The position numbers were made by a program, and so were the translations under genes. DNA of 32,000 nt from Erysipelotrichaceae bacterium OH741_COT-311 (GTDB lineage: Bacteria; Bacillota_I; Bacilli_A; Erysipelotrichales; Erysipelotrichaceae), in assembly GCA_003858585.1 (NCBI GenBank), contig RQZE01000004.1, positions 30,001-62,000 on the forward strand, written 5' to 3'. Below, piece after piece: positions 6,263-14,150 of the stretch (the first letter of the stretch is position 1; every line of letters starts with the position of its first letter). Below the pieces are notes generated by a model that searched no databases, was not told where the DNA came from, and saw nothing but the letters and a program-made list of their open reading frames with translations.

Positions 6263-7597
6263 TTAAAACATTTTTATAATACTATTTCTAATACGCATAT
6301 TACATTGTTCAAGATCTTCATCATCAATCTTCTTCTTTAAATGTAAATCTTCTACATTGCTTTTAATAATATCCATCATAGCTAATAGATTTTCTTCATA
6401 AATAATATCAATACGATTGCACATTACTAAAGAAGTCGCTATGTTCATTATAATGGATTCTTCAATCCTTATACAATTTGGAAGATGCACAAATAACGTT
6501 TTAAACCATTTTGGTTGTAATAATAAATCATATAATAATTGTGCAAATGCAATTAAATTATTCTCTATTTCTTGTTCACGTATTACAAACAACATAACAA
6601 AGAAGATATGCCAATCAAAATCATAATTTATTACAGAATCAAAATATTCCAACAATATATTAATAAATACATTGTTTGTTTTAAATGGTTGATAAATAAT
6701 AGTTTCTTTAAAATCTAACTCTTCAATCGACAATAAATTAAAACGTTCTAAATACTCCACTAATTTAACTTGTGGTTCATTAGCTGAAAGAAAATCATGA
6801 ATATATATAAACTGACTTAAAAAACCACTACTTTTTTTAAAATCAACACTGACACCTAAGGATGCAATACTTTTAGAAGTATATAAATGATTAATGGATT
6901 GGGCTAAAAATAATTTAATTCCATCATTATTTAACCCTAACATATTGTGTTTATTTTCATTTTGAATTTGTTCAAAAATCATTTTTAATTGATTATCAAT
7001 AATAGTTAAGTTTTCATGTATCGACTGTAATACATTTTTGATAAATGAATTATATAATACAAAATTATAATTCTTATATACAATTTGATGTTCAATTTCA
7101 TTATAAAAGTTACGTATCAATGATTTAATCTGTAACTCACAATTAATCTTTGAACCATGAAACATATAATACCCATCAATTCGATACACTAAATGTCCGT
7201 TACGTTGTAGTTTCGGTTGTAAATCTTTAAAATTTACATAAAAGTTTTCATCTTGTTTACAATAACCATTGTCATCAAACAAACCTTGTAACTGATAATA
7301 GATAGTATCTTCATCACTAATAAAGCGACAAATAATATTTACACCGATTAAATCACTTAGATTATCTAAAATATCACGACTGGACTGATAGTTTATATAA
7401 AATTTATTACGAATAATTTTTTCTTTTAAACTATCTTCTCCTTTAATACGACTATGAATGGTAATGTAGTGTTCATGTTGTTGAAAATGATTTGAAAGCA
7501 TATCATAAATACGTTTTAATACATAAGAATACGTAGGTTTATGATGGTTTAATTCTTGTATGGTTTCATCAATTAAATCAAACATAGAAAGTTTCAT
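6263..7597 (-). CDS. RelA/SpoT-domain (small alarmone synthetase-like) protein with degenerate acceptor-site motifs and an uncharacterised ~240-aa C-terminal extension
   Basis: By-eye alignment to RelQ/RelP shows four matches. HSRIKGEDSLKEKIIRNK aligns with KSRVKSPESIVEKLKRK. NLSDLIGVNIICRFISD aligns with NLHDIAGIRVICSFIDD. NGHLVYRIDG aligns with NGYRSLHLIV. CELQIKSLIRNFYNEIEHQIVYK aligns with VEIQIRTIAMDFWASLEHKLYYK. SD AGGTGA lies 4 nt before ATG 7597. The gene is 8 nt downstream of the rsmF-like stop. Confidence 0.7.
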   Translation of the reverse strand: MKLSMFDLIDETIQELNHHKPTYSYVLKRIYDMLSNHFQQHEHYITIHSRIKGEDSLKEKIIRNKFYINYQSSRDILDNLSDLIGVNIICRFISDEDTIYYQLQGLFDDNGYCKQDENFYVNFKDLQPKLQRNGHLVYRIDGYYMFHGSKINCELQIKSLIRNFYNEIEHQIVYKNYNFVLYNSFIKNVLQSIHENLTIIDNQLKMIFEQIQNENKHNMLGLNNDGIKLFLAQSINHLYTSKSIASLGVSVDFKKSSGFLSQFIYIHDFLSANEPQVKLVEYLERFNLLSIEELDFKETIIYQPFKTNNVFINILLEYFDSVINYDFDWHIFFVMLFVIREQEIENNLIAFAQLLYDLLLQPKWFKTLFVHLPNCIRIEESIIMNIATSLVMCNRIDIIYEENLLAMMDIIKSNVEDLHLKKKIDDEDLEQCNMRIRNSIIKMF

Positions 7598-7605
7598 GTA
7601 ATCAC

Positions 7606-8922
7606 CTATATCCTCAATCCTTTTGGAAATTTATTTTTTAAATATATTCCATCTCCCTTAGCATAACCAATTATATGTCCTAGATATCTTATAGCTACAT
7701 ATCCCCTTATATCACTAGAAATTGTTAATCCTTGTACATATTGCTGAAATTCAACAAAACTTAACTCGTAATACTGTTTGTGTTTTTCTTTCAGTAAGGA
7801 ATTGGTATATAGATGATGATGCGGAATAAAACGATGGTTTTTAACCTCACCTGCCATAATTGCCTTTGCTAAAGTTGGAACTTTTAAATCTAATAATTTT
7901 TCTTTACTTACATAAACGAACTGTTTAAATTGATAAATATATAAATCAAAGTCTATGAAATTATCCTTAAAAAAAACTTTAACACATGGATCAATGGAAT
8001 CACTTTTAAGATATTCAAGAGCTTTGTATCCCGTATCCTTCATTTTTTGTAATCGACAAATAAAATGCCCTTCTCCTTCATCCATTGGAAAAATACGTCG
8101 CATATGATCTGCAGAAACACCTTTGATTGGATACCCTTTACGACCAAAGTCAACCTTGGGATCTACAACTTGCATATCTGAATGTTGGTTTAAAAATGCT
8201 TCTATAACTTTTTCATTTTCATTTAGATTATATGTACAAGTTGAATACACTAAAATACCATCCTTTTTTAACATCCCGTATGCATCTTCTAAAATATCCA
8301 TCTGACGTTTGCTACAAGTAAGAGTATATTCATTACTCCATTGTTTTACTGCTTCCTCCTCTTTTTTAAACATACCTTCGCCGGAACATGGCGCATCCAC
8401 CAAAATATAATCGGCACAACCCCTTAGAACCTTTGCTAGATTTGAAGTTGTGGTGTTGGTTACAATCGCATTACTAACCCCCAAACGTTCTAAATTACTA
8501 ACTAAAACTTGACAACGCTTATAGTCGATTTCATTACTGATAAGCCATCCTGTATGGGCTAAGTACTCTGCAATTTGACCACTTTTTCCACCAGGAGCAC
8601 TGCATAAATCTACCACAACAGAATTTTTTTTAGGTTTTAAAATCGTTACAGCACTACTTGCACTTGGCTCTTGAAGATAAAATAAACCTGCAATATGCAA
8701 AGGATGTTTGCCAAGCTTTAATTGTGGATCAATATAAAATCCATTAGGTGCAAATAAAGAGGGCTTTAATGAATATTCAAAAAGGTTTTTAAATGCTTCT
8801 ACCGTCACTTTTAATGTATTAACACGTAATCCTTTAAAAGGTGGCTTGTTTAAACTTTCAAGATACTTGGGATACTCTTCTTGCAATAAATCTTGCATAA
8901 TTTCTTTAAATTCTTTATTCAT
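7606..8922 (-). CDS. rsmF: NOL1/NOP2/Sun-family rRNA m5C methyltransferase (RsmF/YebU-like)
   Basis: SAM-binding DLCSAPGGKS, catalytic motifs VDAPCSGEGMF and YSTCT, and a C-terminal extension as in RsmF-like enzymes. The start was moved to ATG 8922 (the track start 8931 is GTG). ATG 8922 overlaps the ribF stop (CATGAATAA). Confidence 0.78.
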   Translation of the reverse strand: MNKEFKEIMQDLLQEEYPKYLESLNKPPFKGLRVNTLKVTVEAFKNLFEYSLKPSLFAPNGFYIDPQLKLGKHPLHIAGLFYLQEPSASSAVTILKPKKNSVVVDLCSAPGGKSGQIAEYLAHTGWLISNEIDYKRCQVLVSNLERLGVSNAIVTNTTTSNLAKVLRGCADYILVDAPCSGEGMFKKEEEAVKQWSNEYTLTCSKRQMDILEDAYGMLKKDGILVYSTCTYNLNENEKVIEAFLNQHSDMQVVDPKVDFGRKGYPIKGVSADHMRRIFPMDEGEGHFICRLQKMKDTGYKALEYLKSDSIDPCVKVFFKDNFIDFDLYIYQFKQFVYVSKEKLLDLKVPTLAKAIMAGEVKNHRFIPHHHLYTNSLLKEKHKQYYELSFVEFQQYVQGLTISSDIRGYVAIRYLGHIIGYAKGDGIYLKNKFPKGLRI

Positions 8923-9835
8923 GATACACACTTTGCTTGAATGCTTGAACTTTATCTTGATTTAATTGTTCAATCAAAGCTTCAATACTTTCAAATTTAT
9001 ATTCATCACGTAAATATTCATTAAAATACACTGTAATAATTTGATCATAAATATATTGAGAAAAATCTAAAATATACACTTCGACCGAAGGAGTAAGGGA
9101 TAAATTAAACGTTGGGTTATGTCCAATATTAATCATTGCTTTATACATCGTATTATCATGTTTAACATAACCTAAGTATACACCAGGTTTTGGTAATAAA
9201 AGTTTATGATCAACAGCTAAATTACAAGTTGGAAAACCTATCATGCGCCCTTTTTGTTTTCCCTTTACAACTAAACCATCGACATGATAATAATAATTCA
9301 ACAAACGATTTGCTTGTTTTACATCACCTTGTTTTAGACAACGACTGATTCTTGTTGAAGAAATCTTTTCGCCTGTATCTTTAATTTCTTCAATCATAAT
9401 CGTTGGAAAAGAACTAGATAAAGTTAAAACATCCCCTTTTCCTTGGTATCCATAATGAAAATCAAAACCACATATCATGGTATCAATATGCAATCTTTCT
9501 TTTAATAATAGATTAAATTCTTGATAAGTTAGCTTTGCCATTGCTTCATCAAAATGTAAGACAATAAGATGCTCTATCCCAAACTTTTCTATCATTTCTA
9601 TACGCTTTTGATAAGTAGTTAAGTACTTATATTGACACATCTTCTTAATAATAATCCAAGGATCTAAATCAAATGTAATCAATGCACTTGCAATTGTTTT
9701 TTCCTTAGCAACTTCCTTTGCTTTTGAAATCAGCGCTTGATGTCCCAAATGTAAACCATCAAAATATCCAATACAAGCAGCAACTTCTACATTTAAGCAA
9801 TCTTTATTATTTAAATCTAAATGAAATATTTCCAT
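8915..9835 (-). CDS. ribF: Bifunctional riboflavin kinase / FAD synthetase
   Basis: 306 aa. The N-terminal nucleotidyltransferase motif is GYFDGLHLGHQ. The C-terminal riboflavin-kinase region has GFPTCN...PGVY...IGHNPTF. It follows truB with TAAATG stop-start abutment. Confidence 0.93.
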   Translation of the reverse strand: MEIFHLDLNNKDCLNVEVAACIGYFDGLHLGHQALISKAKEVAKEKTIASALITFDLDPWIIIKKMCQYKYLTTYQKRIEMIEKFGIEHLIVLHFDEAMAKLTYQEFNLLLKERLHIDTMICGFDFHYGYQGKGDVLTLSSSFPTIMIEEIKDTGEKISSTRISRCLKQGDVKQANRLLNYYYHVDGLVVKGKQKGRMIGFPTCNLAVDHKLLLPKPGVYLGYVKHDNTMYKAMINIGHNPTFNLSLTPSVEVYILDFSQYIYDQIITVYFNEYLRDEYKFESIEALIEQLNQDKVQAFKQSVYHE

Positions 9836-10681
9836 TTACCATAACCCTCTTAAACAATGGTAGTAGCCATCTTCTTTTCTTTGATAAGCTGCAATAACTT
9901 CCTTTTCAAAGGTAATCATCACCACATCATCCATACAATCCAACTTAATTTTCTTACCATGATAAACATCTTGTATGTTGTTATATTCAATCATGGTATA
10001 CATCATACTTAATACATCATATCCATTATGTAATTGATAATTACCACATTCCACATCACTTAAAGACACACATTGTTGTAAAGAAACATGACCAACTTGG
10101 CTACGTAACAAACTTTGCATAGTTCCAACAGTTCCTAATCTACAAGCAATGTCTTCACATAAGGTACGAATATATGTTCCACTTGAAACACAAACTTTAA
10201 ACTCAATGGTCTCTTGATTTCTTAATAATTTTATATCATAAATTTCTATTGGACGTTCTTTACGCTGAACTTCAATCCCTTTATGATACAACTCATATAA
10301 TTTTTGTCCCTTTACTTTAATCGCACTCATCATAGGAGGCACCTGCATAGAAACACCTAAAAAAGAATCTAAAACTTCATGAAGTACTTCATCATGAAAA
10401 CTAGGTACTTCCTTTTTTTCTTCTATGACATTACCCCAAATATCTCCTGTATCCGTTTTTATCCCTAATCTTAAAGTAGCAATATACTCCTTCCTTTGCT
10501 TCACTAAAAATTGACTTAACTTTGTTGCTTTGCCAACTAATACAATTAAAACACCAGTTGCATTGTAATCTAAAGTCCCTGTTTGACCAATCGCCTTAAT
10601 TTTTAAATAACGACGTAAAATAGATATAACATCCATTGATGTATAGCCGGCAGGCTTATTAATATATAAGATTCCATTCAT
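9836..10681 (-). CDS. truB: tRNA pseudouridine-55 synthase
   Basis: 281 aa starting MNGILYINKPAGYTSMDVI, with the catalytic-Asp motif GQTGTLDYNATGVL (GHxGTLDPxAxGvL). truB-ribF synteny is conserved. Confidence 0.93.
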   Translation of the reverse strand: MNGILYINKPAGYTSMDVISILRRYLKIKAIGQTGTLDYNATGVLIVLVGKATKLSQFLVKQRKEYIATLRLGIKTDTGDIWGNVIEEKKEVPSFHDEVLHEVLDSFLGVSMQVPPMMSAIKVKGQKLYELYHKGIEVQRKERPIEIYDIKLLRNQETIEFKVCVSSGTYIRTLCEDIACRLGTVGTMQSLLRSQVGHVSLQQCVSLSDVECGNYQLHNGYDVLSMMYTMIEYNNIQDVYHGKKIKLDCMDDVVMITFEKEVIAAYQRKEDGYYHCLRGLW

Positions 10682-10714
10682 ATTTTTTTACCCAAGTTAC
10701 ATTATACAACATCG

Positions 10715-10723
10715 TGCTATAAT
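10715..10723 (+). promoter_or_regulatory. Candidate extended -10 promoter for the PP-loop ATPase gene
   Basis: TGcTATAAT (TG 10715-10716, TATAAT 10718-10723) lies 21 nt upstream of ATG 10745. I see no good -35. A divergent TATAAT on the minus strand (10706-10701) may serve truB. Confidence 0.4.
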
Positions 10724-10744
10724 ATTGAAGTGCAAGGAGTATTT

Positions 10745-11497
10745 ATGACAATTAAAAAAATATTAGGCGCAATCAAAAAAGCCGACGAAGATTTTGAATT
10801 AATTCAAGAAAATGACTGTATTGCCATTGGAGTAAGTGGTGGAAAAGACTCTACCCTTTTACTACTTGCAATGGCAGAATATCAAAAATTATGTAAATTA
10901 GCCTACAATAAACACTTTAAAGTAATTGGTATACATATTTCTATGGGCTTTGACGGTATGAACTTTACAGAATATGATCAATTTTTTAAAGAAAAAAATA
11001 TTGAACTTCATCACATCCCTAGCCAAATATACGATATTTTAAAACTACACTTAAAAGAAGATAAACTACAATGTTCACTTTGTTCAAAGTTAAAAAAAGG
11101 AGCTGTTATTAAGGCTGCCAAAGAATTACAATGTAATAAGGTCGCATTTGCACATCATAGTGATGATGCCATTGAAACCTTGATTATGAATGCCATTTAT
11201 GGTGGACGACTAGCAACCTTTGATCCAAAAATGTATTTAACAGACTCACAAGTCACATTTATACGACCATTTAGTTATCTTTGTGAACAAGATATACGTA
11301 ATGCTTGTCAACACTTAAACATCCCTATTGTAAAAAGCACTTGTCCAAACGATGGATTTACCAAACGTCAAGATGCCAAAGAAATGTTACAATACATTTA
11401 TAAACACTATCCTAGTGCCAAAAAAAATCTAGTCAAAGCATTAACCAATCAAAAACAACTTCATCTTTGGAATATCACCGGGAATCAAGAAAAATAA
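10745..11497 (+). CDS. PP-loop ATP pyrophosphatase, TtcA-like tRNA thiolation family
   Basis: PP-loop SGGKDS, and Cys motifs CSLCSKLKKG and STCPNDG like the TtcA Fe-S ligands. The start was moved from GTG 10730 to ATG 10745 (AAGGAG 5 nt upstream). Confidence 0.78.
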   Translation: MTIKKILGAIKKADEDFELIQENDCIAIGVSGGKDSTLLLLAMAEYQKLCKLAYNKHFKVIGIHISMGFDGMNFTEYDQFFKEKNIELHHIPSQIYDILKLHLKEDKLQCSLCSKLKKGAVIKAAKELQCNKVAFAHHSDDAIETLIMNAIYGGRLATFDPKMYLTDSQVTFIRPFSYLCEQDIRNACQHLNIPIVKSTCPNDGFTKRQDAKEMLQYIYKHYPSAKKNLVKALTNQKQLHLWNITGNQEK

Positions 11498-11498
11498 T

Positions 11499-11524
11499 AC
11501 TAGCTACTAAAGCTAGTTTTTTTA
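11499..11524 (+). terminator. Rho-independent terminator after the PP-loop ATPase gene
   Basis: CTAGCT (11500-11505) / actaa / AGCTAG (11511-11516), followed by a T run (11517-11523). Confidence 0.7.
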
Positions 11525-11527
11525 TAC

Positions 11528-11533
11528 TATAAT
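11528..11533 (+). promoter_or_regulatory. TATAAT -10 box placed 6 nt before the radical SAM ATG (possible leaderless mRNA)
   Basis: TATAAT lies at 11528-11533, then gtcagt, then ATG 11540. There is no SD-like purine run upstream of the ATG and no convincing -35. Confidence 0.35.
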
Positions 11534-11539
11534 GTCAGT

Positions 11540-12382
11540 ATGATAAAACGAATATATATCGAAATTACCAATGTATGTAACTTAAGTTGTGCCTTTTGTA
11601 AAAAAAATCATCGTAATGCACATTTTTTAACACTTAAAGAATTTAAACATATTTTAAATCAAATGAAACCTTATACATCCTATATTTATTTGCATGTTCA
11701 AGGAGAACCTTTAATGCATCCGCAACTAAAAGAATTTTTAGATTTAGCGTATAACATGCAGTTTTATGTACATCTAACAACAAACGGAACACTACTACAT
11801 AAACATCTTATGCTTATGCAACATCCTAGCATACGTAAACTAGCCATTTCTTTACAAGCTATGGATTATAGTTCCATAGGTTTAGAAGATTACTTCAAAA
11901 CATTAACTTCTCTTATCAAACAAAAGCCAAGCAATCAATATCTTGAGCTACGTTTCTGGAATTATAATCAGTTACAAAAACAATCCTCTTACTTATACCA
12001 AAAACTACAGCATCACTTCTTTTTTCAACCAACCAAAAAACCAAACAGTTTCCAGATACAAGATAAAGTATATGTTCATTTAGATTCCATTTGGCAATGG
12101 CCAAGCATGCTGAATGAAGATCAAAGTCACATTGGTTATTGTTTAGGTGCCAAAGAAATGCTTGCGATATTATCCAATGGACAAGTAACGGCTTGTTGTA
12201 TGGATGAAAGTGGACAAATCAACTTTGGTAATATCTTTCAGCAAAGCATAAAAGATATTCTTGCAAGTAAACGATATTTAGATATGGTGAACGGATTTAA
12301 CAAACATCAAGTAGTAGAATCACTCTGTCAAAAATGCACTTATCGTTTACGCTTTGACACAAAAAAGGCTATGAAATCATAG
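11540..12382 (+). CDS. Radical SAM protein with C-terminal twitch/partial-SPASM auxiliary-cluster domain, substrate unknown
   Basis: The N-terminal motif is CNLSCAFC (CX3CX2C). C-terminally, CLGAKEMLAILSNGQVTAC fits the SPASM/twitch pattern CX9-15GX4C, followed by CQKC. Confidence 0.8.
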   Translation: MIKRIYIEITNVCNLSCAFCKKNHRNAHFLTLKEFKHILNQMKPYTSYIYLHVQGEPLMHPQLKEFLDLAYNMQFYVHLTTNGTLLHKHLMLMQHPSIRKLAISLQAMDYSSIGLEDYFKTLTSLIKQKPSNQYLELRFWNYNQLQKQSSYLYQKLQHHFFFQPTKKPNSFQIQDKVYVHLDSIWQWPSMLNEDQSHIGYCLGAKEMLAILSNGQVTACCMDESGQINFGNIFQQSIKDILASKRYLDMVNGFNKHQVVESLCQKCTYRLRFDTKKAMKS

Positions 12383-12392
12383 CCTATAATTT
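12359..12392. terminator. Bidirectional terminator between the convergent radical SAM and pepF genes
   Basis: AGGCTAT (12366-12372) / gaaatc / ATAGCCT (12379-12385). On the minus strand it is followed by UUUUUUG, a good terminator for pepF. On the plus strand it is followed by AUAAUUUUG, which is weaker. Both stop codons lie within or next to the hairpin. Confidence 0.6.
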
Positions 12393-14078
12393 TGTATCAT
12401 CAATACGATCTAAGAATGTATTTGCCACTGCAATAACATCAACTAAACAACCTTCTTTAAAAGGAGATTTAAGATTTGCTAATTCTACAAGCTGTGTAAA
12501 TGACTTCGTTCCACCCGCTTTACATAATCGAACATAATCATTCCAAGCATCTACATCTTTATTTTGCATTTTTAACCAAAATTGCAATGCACATACTTGA
12601 GCGAGAGTATAGTCAATATAATAGAACGGACTTTCAAAAATATGTCCTTGTTGAAACCAGAAACCACCTTTGTCAAACAATGTATCTTCTTTATATTGTT
12701 TCCATGGTAAATACTGTTTCTCTAAATTACGCCACACTTCCTTACGTTGTTTAGGAGTATACTCAACATGCTTATATACTTCATGTTGGAAATGGTCGAC
12801 TAAAACCCCATAAGGTAAAAAGGAAATAGCGCCACTAATATGATTGAAATAATATTTTTCAGTATCTTCTTTAAAGAAAGACTTCATCCATGGCCATGCG
12901 AAAAATTCCATCGACATAGAATGAATTTCACATGATTCATACGTCGGCCATAAACATTCAGGCGTTGTAATATCACGTGACATATACGCTTGAAATGCAT
13001 GTCCAGCTTCATGTGTCAATACATCAACATCATGACTTGTACCATTGAAATTAGCAAAGATAAATGGAACTTTATAATTAGCTAACGAAGTACAATATCC
13101 CCCTCCTGCTTTATTCGGACGATTTTTTAAATCCCATAACTCTTGTTGAATTAATATATCAATAAATTCTTTTGTTTCAGGACTCATTTCATGATACATC
13201 GTTTTACATGCTTCTATCAATTCATCATAACTTCCCTTTGGAGTAGGATTTCCTGTTTTAAACTTAACTGAAAAATCATAGTACATTAATTCAGAATAGC
13301 CCAAACGTCTCTTTTGACGCTCAATAAACTTAGCTACAGTTGGTGTAACATGATTTAAAATTTCCCTACGATATACACTTACCATATCAGCATTATAATC
13401 CAAACGACTCATGCGATAATATCCCAATTCAATGAAATTTTCATATCCCAATTCTTTGGCAATTTGGTCTCTTAAGTGAACCAATTCATCATAAATACGA
13501 TCAAATTCTGCTTCATGTTCTTCATACCATGCAACATTTGCATCAAATGCACGTTTACGAACATCACGATCCATAGATTCACCCTTCGCTGAAATTTGTG
13601 ATAAATTTAAGATTTCTCCATCAAATTCAATACGAGCTGATGCTTTTAACTTACTATATTGTGATGTTAATTTATTTTCTTGTTGTAAAAGCGGAATGAT
13701 TTTTTCATCAAACGACTTTACGGCACACTCTGCTAGTTGAAAATACGTGCTAGGTATCTCTTTTAACAATTCTTCACGATAGGGTTTTGATAAAGCAATC
13801 TTACTTAAACGATTATCAATGACTGCATATAAGGGAGCATATTCGTCCCAATAATCATTTTCAGCATTATAAAATTCATCACTTGTATCAATCGTATGAC
13901 GTATACTTGATAGTACCGACATTGTCGATACATCATTACGAATTTGATTGATTTGATGAAATAACGAAATAAATTCTCGAGCATTATCACATGCCTCTAA
14001 TGTATCTAAAAGAGCATTCGCTTTGGTATTTATTTCTTCAAAATTTGGTCTTTCATATTTAAAATCTTTAAATAACAT
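12384..14078 (-). CDS. pepF: Oligoendopeptidase F (M3B metallopeptidase)
   Basis: Zinc motif HEAGHAFQ, with a length and N-terminus (MLFKDFKYERPNFEEI) typical of the PepF family. The start was moved from 14108 to ATG 14078 (GGAGGT 6 nt upstream). The track start lies upstream of the predicted -10. Confidence 0.9.
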   Translation of the reverse strand: MLFKDFKYERPNFEEINTKANALLDTLEACDNAREFISLFHQINQIRNDVSTMSVLSSIRHTIDTSDEFYNAENDYWDEYAPLYAVIDNRLSKIALSKPYREELLKEIPSTYFQLAECAVKSFDEKIIPLLQQENKLTSQYSKLKASARIEFDGEILNLSQISAKGESMDRDVRKRAFDANVAWYEEHEAEFDRIYDELVHLRDQIAKELGYENFIELGYYRMSRLDYNADMVSVYRREILNHVTPTVAKFIERQKRRLGYSELMYYDFSVKFKTGNPTPKGSYDELIEACKTMYHEMSPETKEFIDILIQQELWDLKNRPNKAGGGYCTSLANYKVPFIFANFNGTSHDVDVLTHEAGHAFQAYMSRDITTPECLWPTYESCEIHSMSMEFFAWPWMKSFFKEDTEKYYFNHISGAISFLPYGVLVDHFQHEVYKHVEYTPKQRKEVWRNLEKQYLPWKQYKEDTLFDKGGFWFQQGHIFESPFYYIDYTLAQVCALQFWLKMQNKDVDAWNDYVRLCKAGGTKSFTQLVELANLKSPFKEGCLVDVIAVANTFLDRIDDTKL

Positions 14079-14098
14079 AAACATACCTCCTAACAATG

Positions 14099-14107
14099 AT
14101 TCTATCA
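14099..14107 (-). promoter_or_regulatory. Candidate extended -10 promoter of pepF
   Basis: Minus strand TGaTAGAAT (TG 14107-14106, TAGAAT 14104-14099). The -35 is poor. Confidence 0.35.
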
Positions 14108-14111
14108 CAAT

Positions 14112-14144
14112 CCATAAAAATAAAATACGTAAGTTACGTATTTT
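14112..14144 (-). terminator. Rho-independent terminator of the pur operon
   Basis: Minus-strand RNA AAAAUACGU-AACUU-ACGUAUUUU (9 bp) followed by AUUUUUAUGG. It starts 7 nt after the purD stop. Confidence 0.6.
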
Positions 14145-14150
14145 ATTTTT

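Noticed and set aside
7595-7609. Exact 15-nt repeat CATGTAATCACCTAT at 7595-7609 and 30854-30868 (19 nt with one mismatch). It covers the start codon and SD of the RelA/SpoT-domain gene and of rsmE.
   Set aside because: Both copies are just an ATAGGTGATTACATG ribosome-binding site plus start codon. One 15-mer coincidence is roughly what chance predicts for about 32 kb compared with itself in an AT-biased genome. There is no flanking similarity suggesting a mobile or regulatory element.
10682-10744. Back-to-back TATAAT boxes on opposite strands (10706-10701 and 10718-10723) in the truB / PP-loop ATPase intergenic region, as a possible shared regulatory switch
   Set aside because: This looks like ordinary divergent promoters. 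I found no dyad-symmetric operator or conserved box between them.
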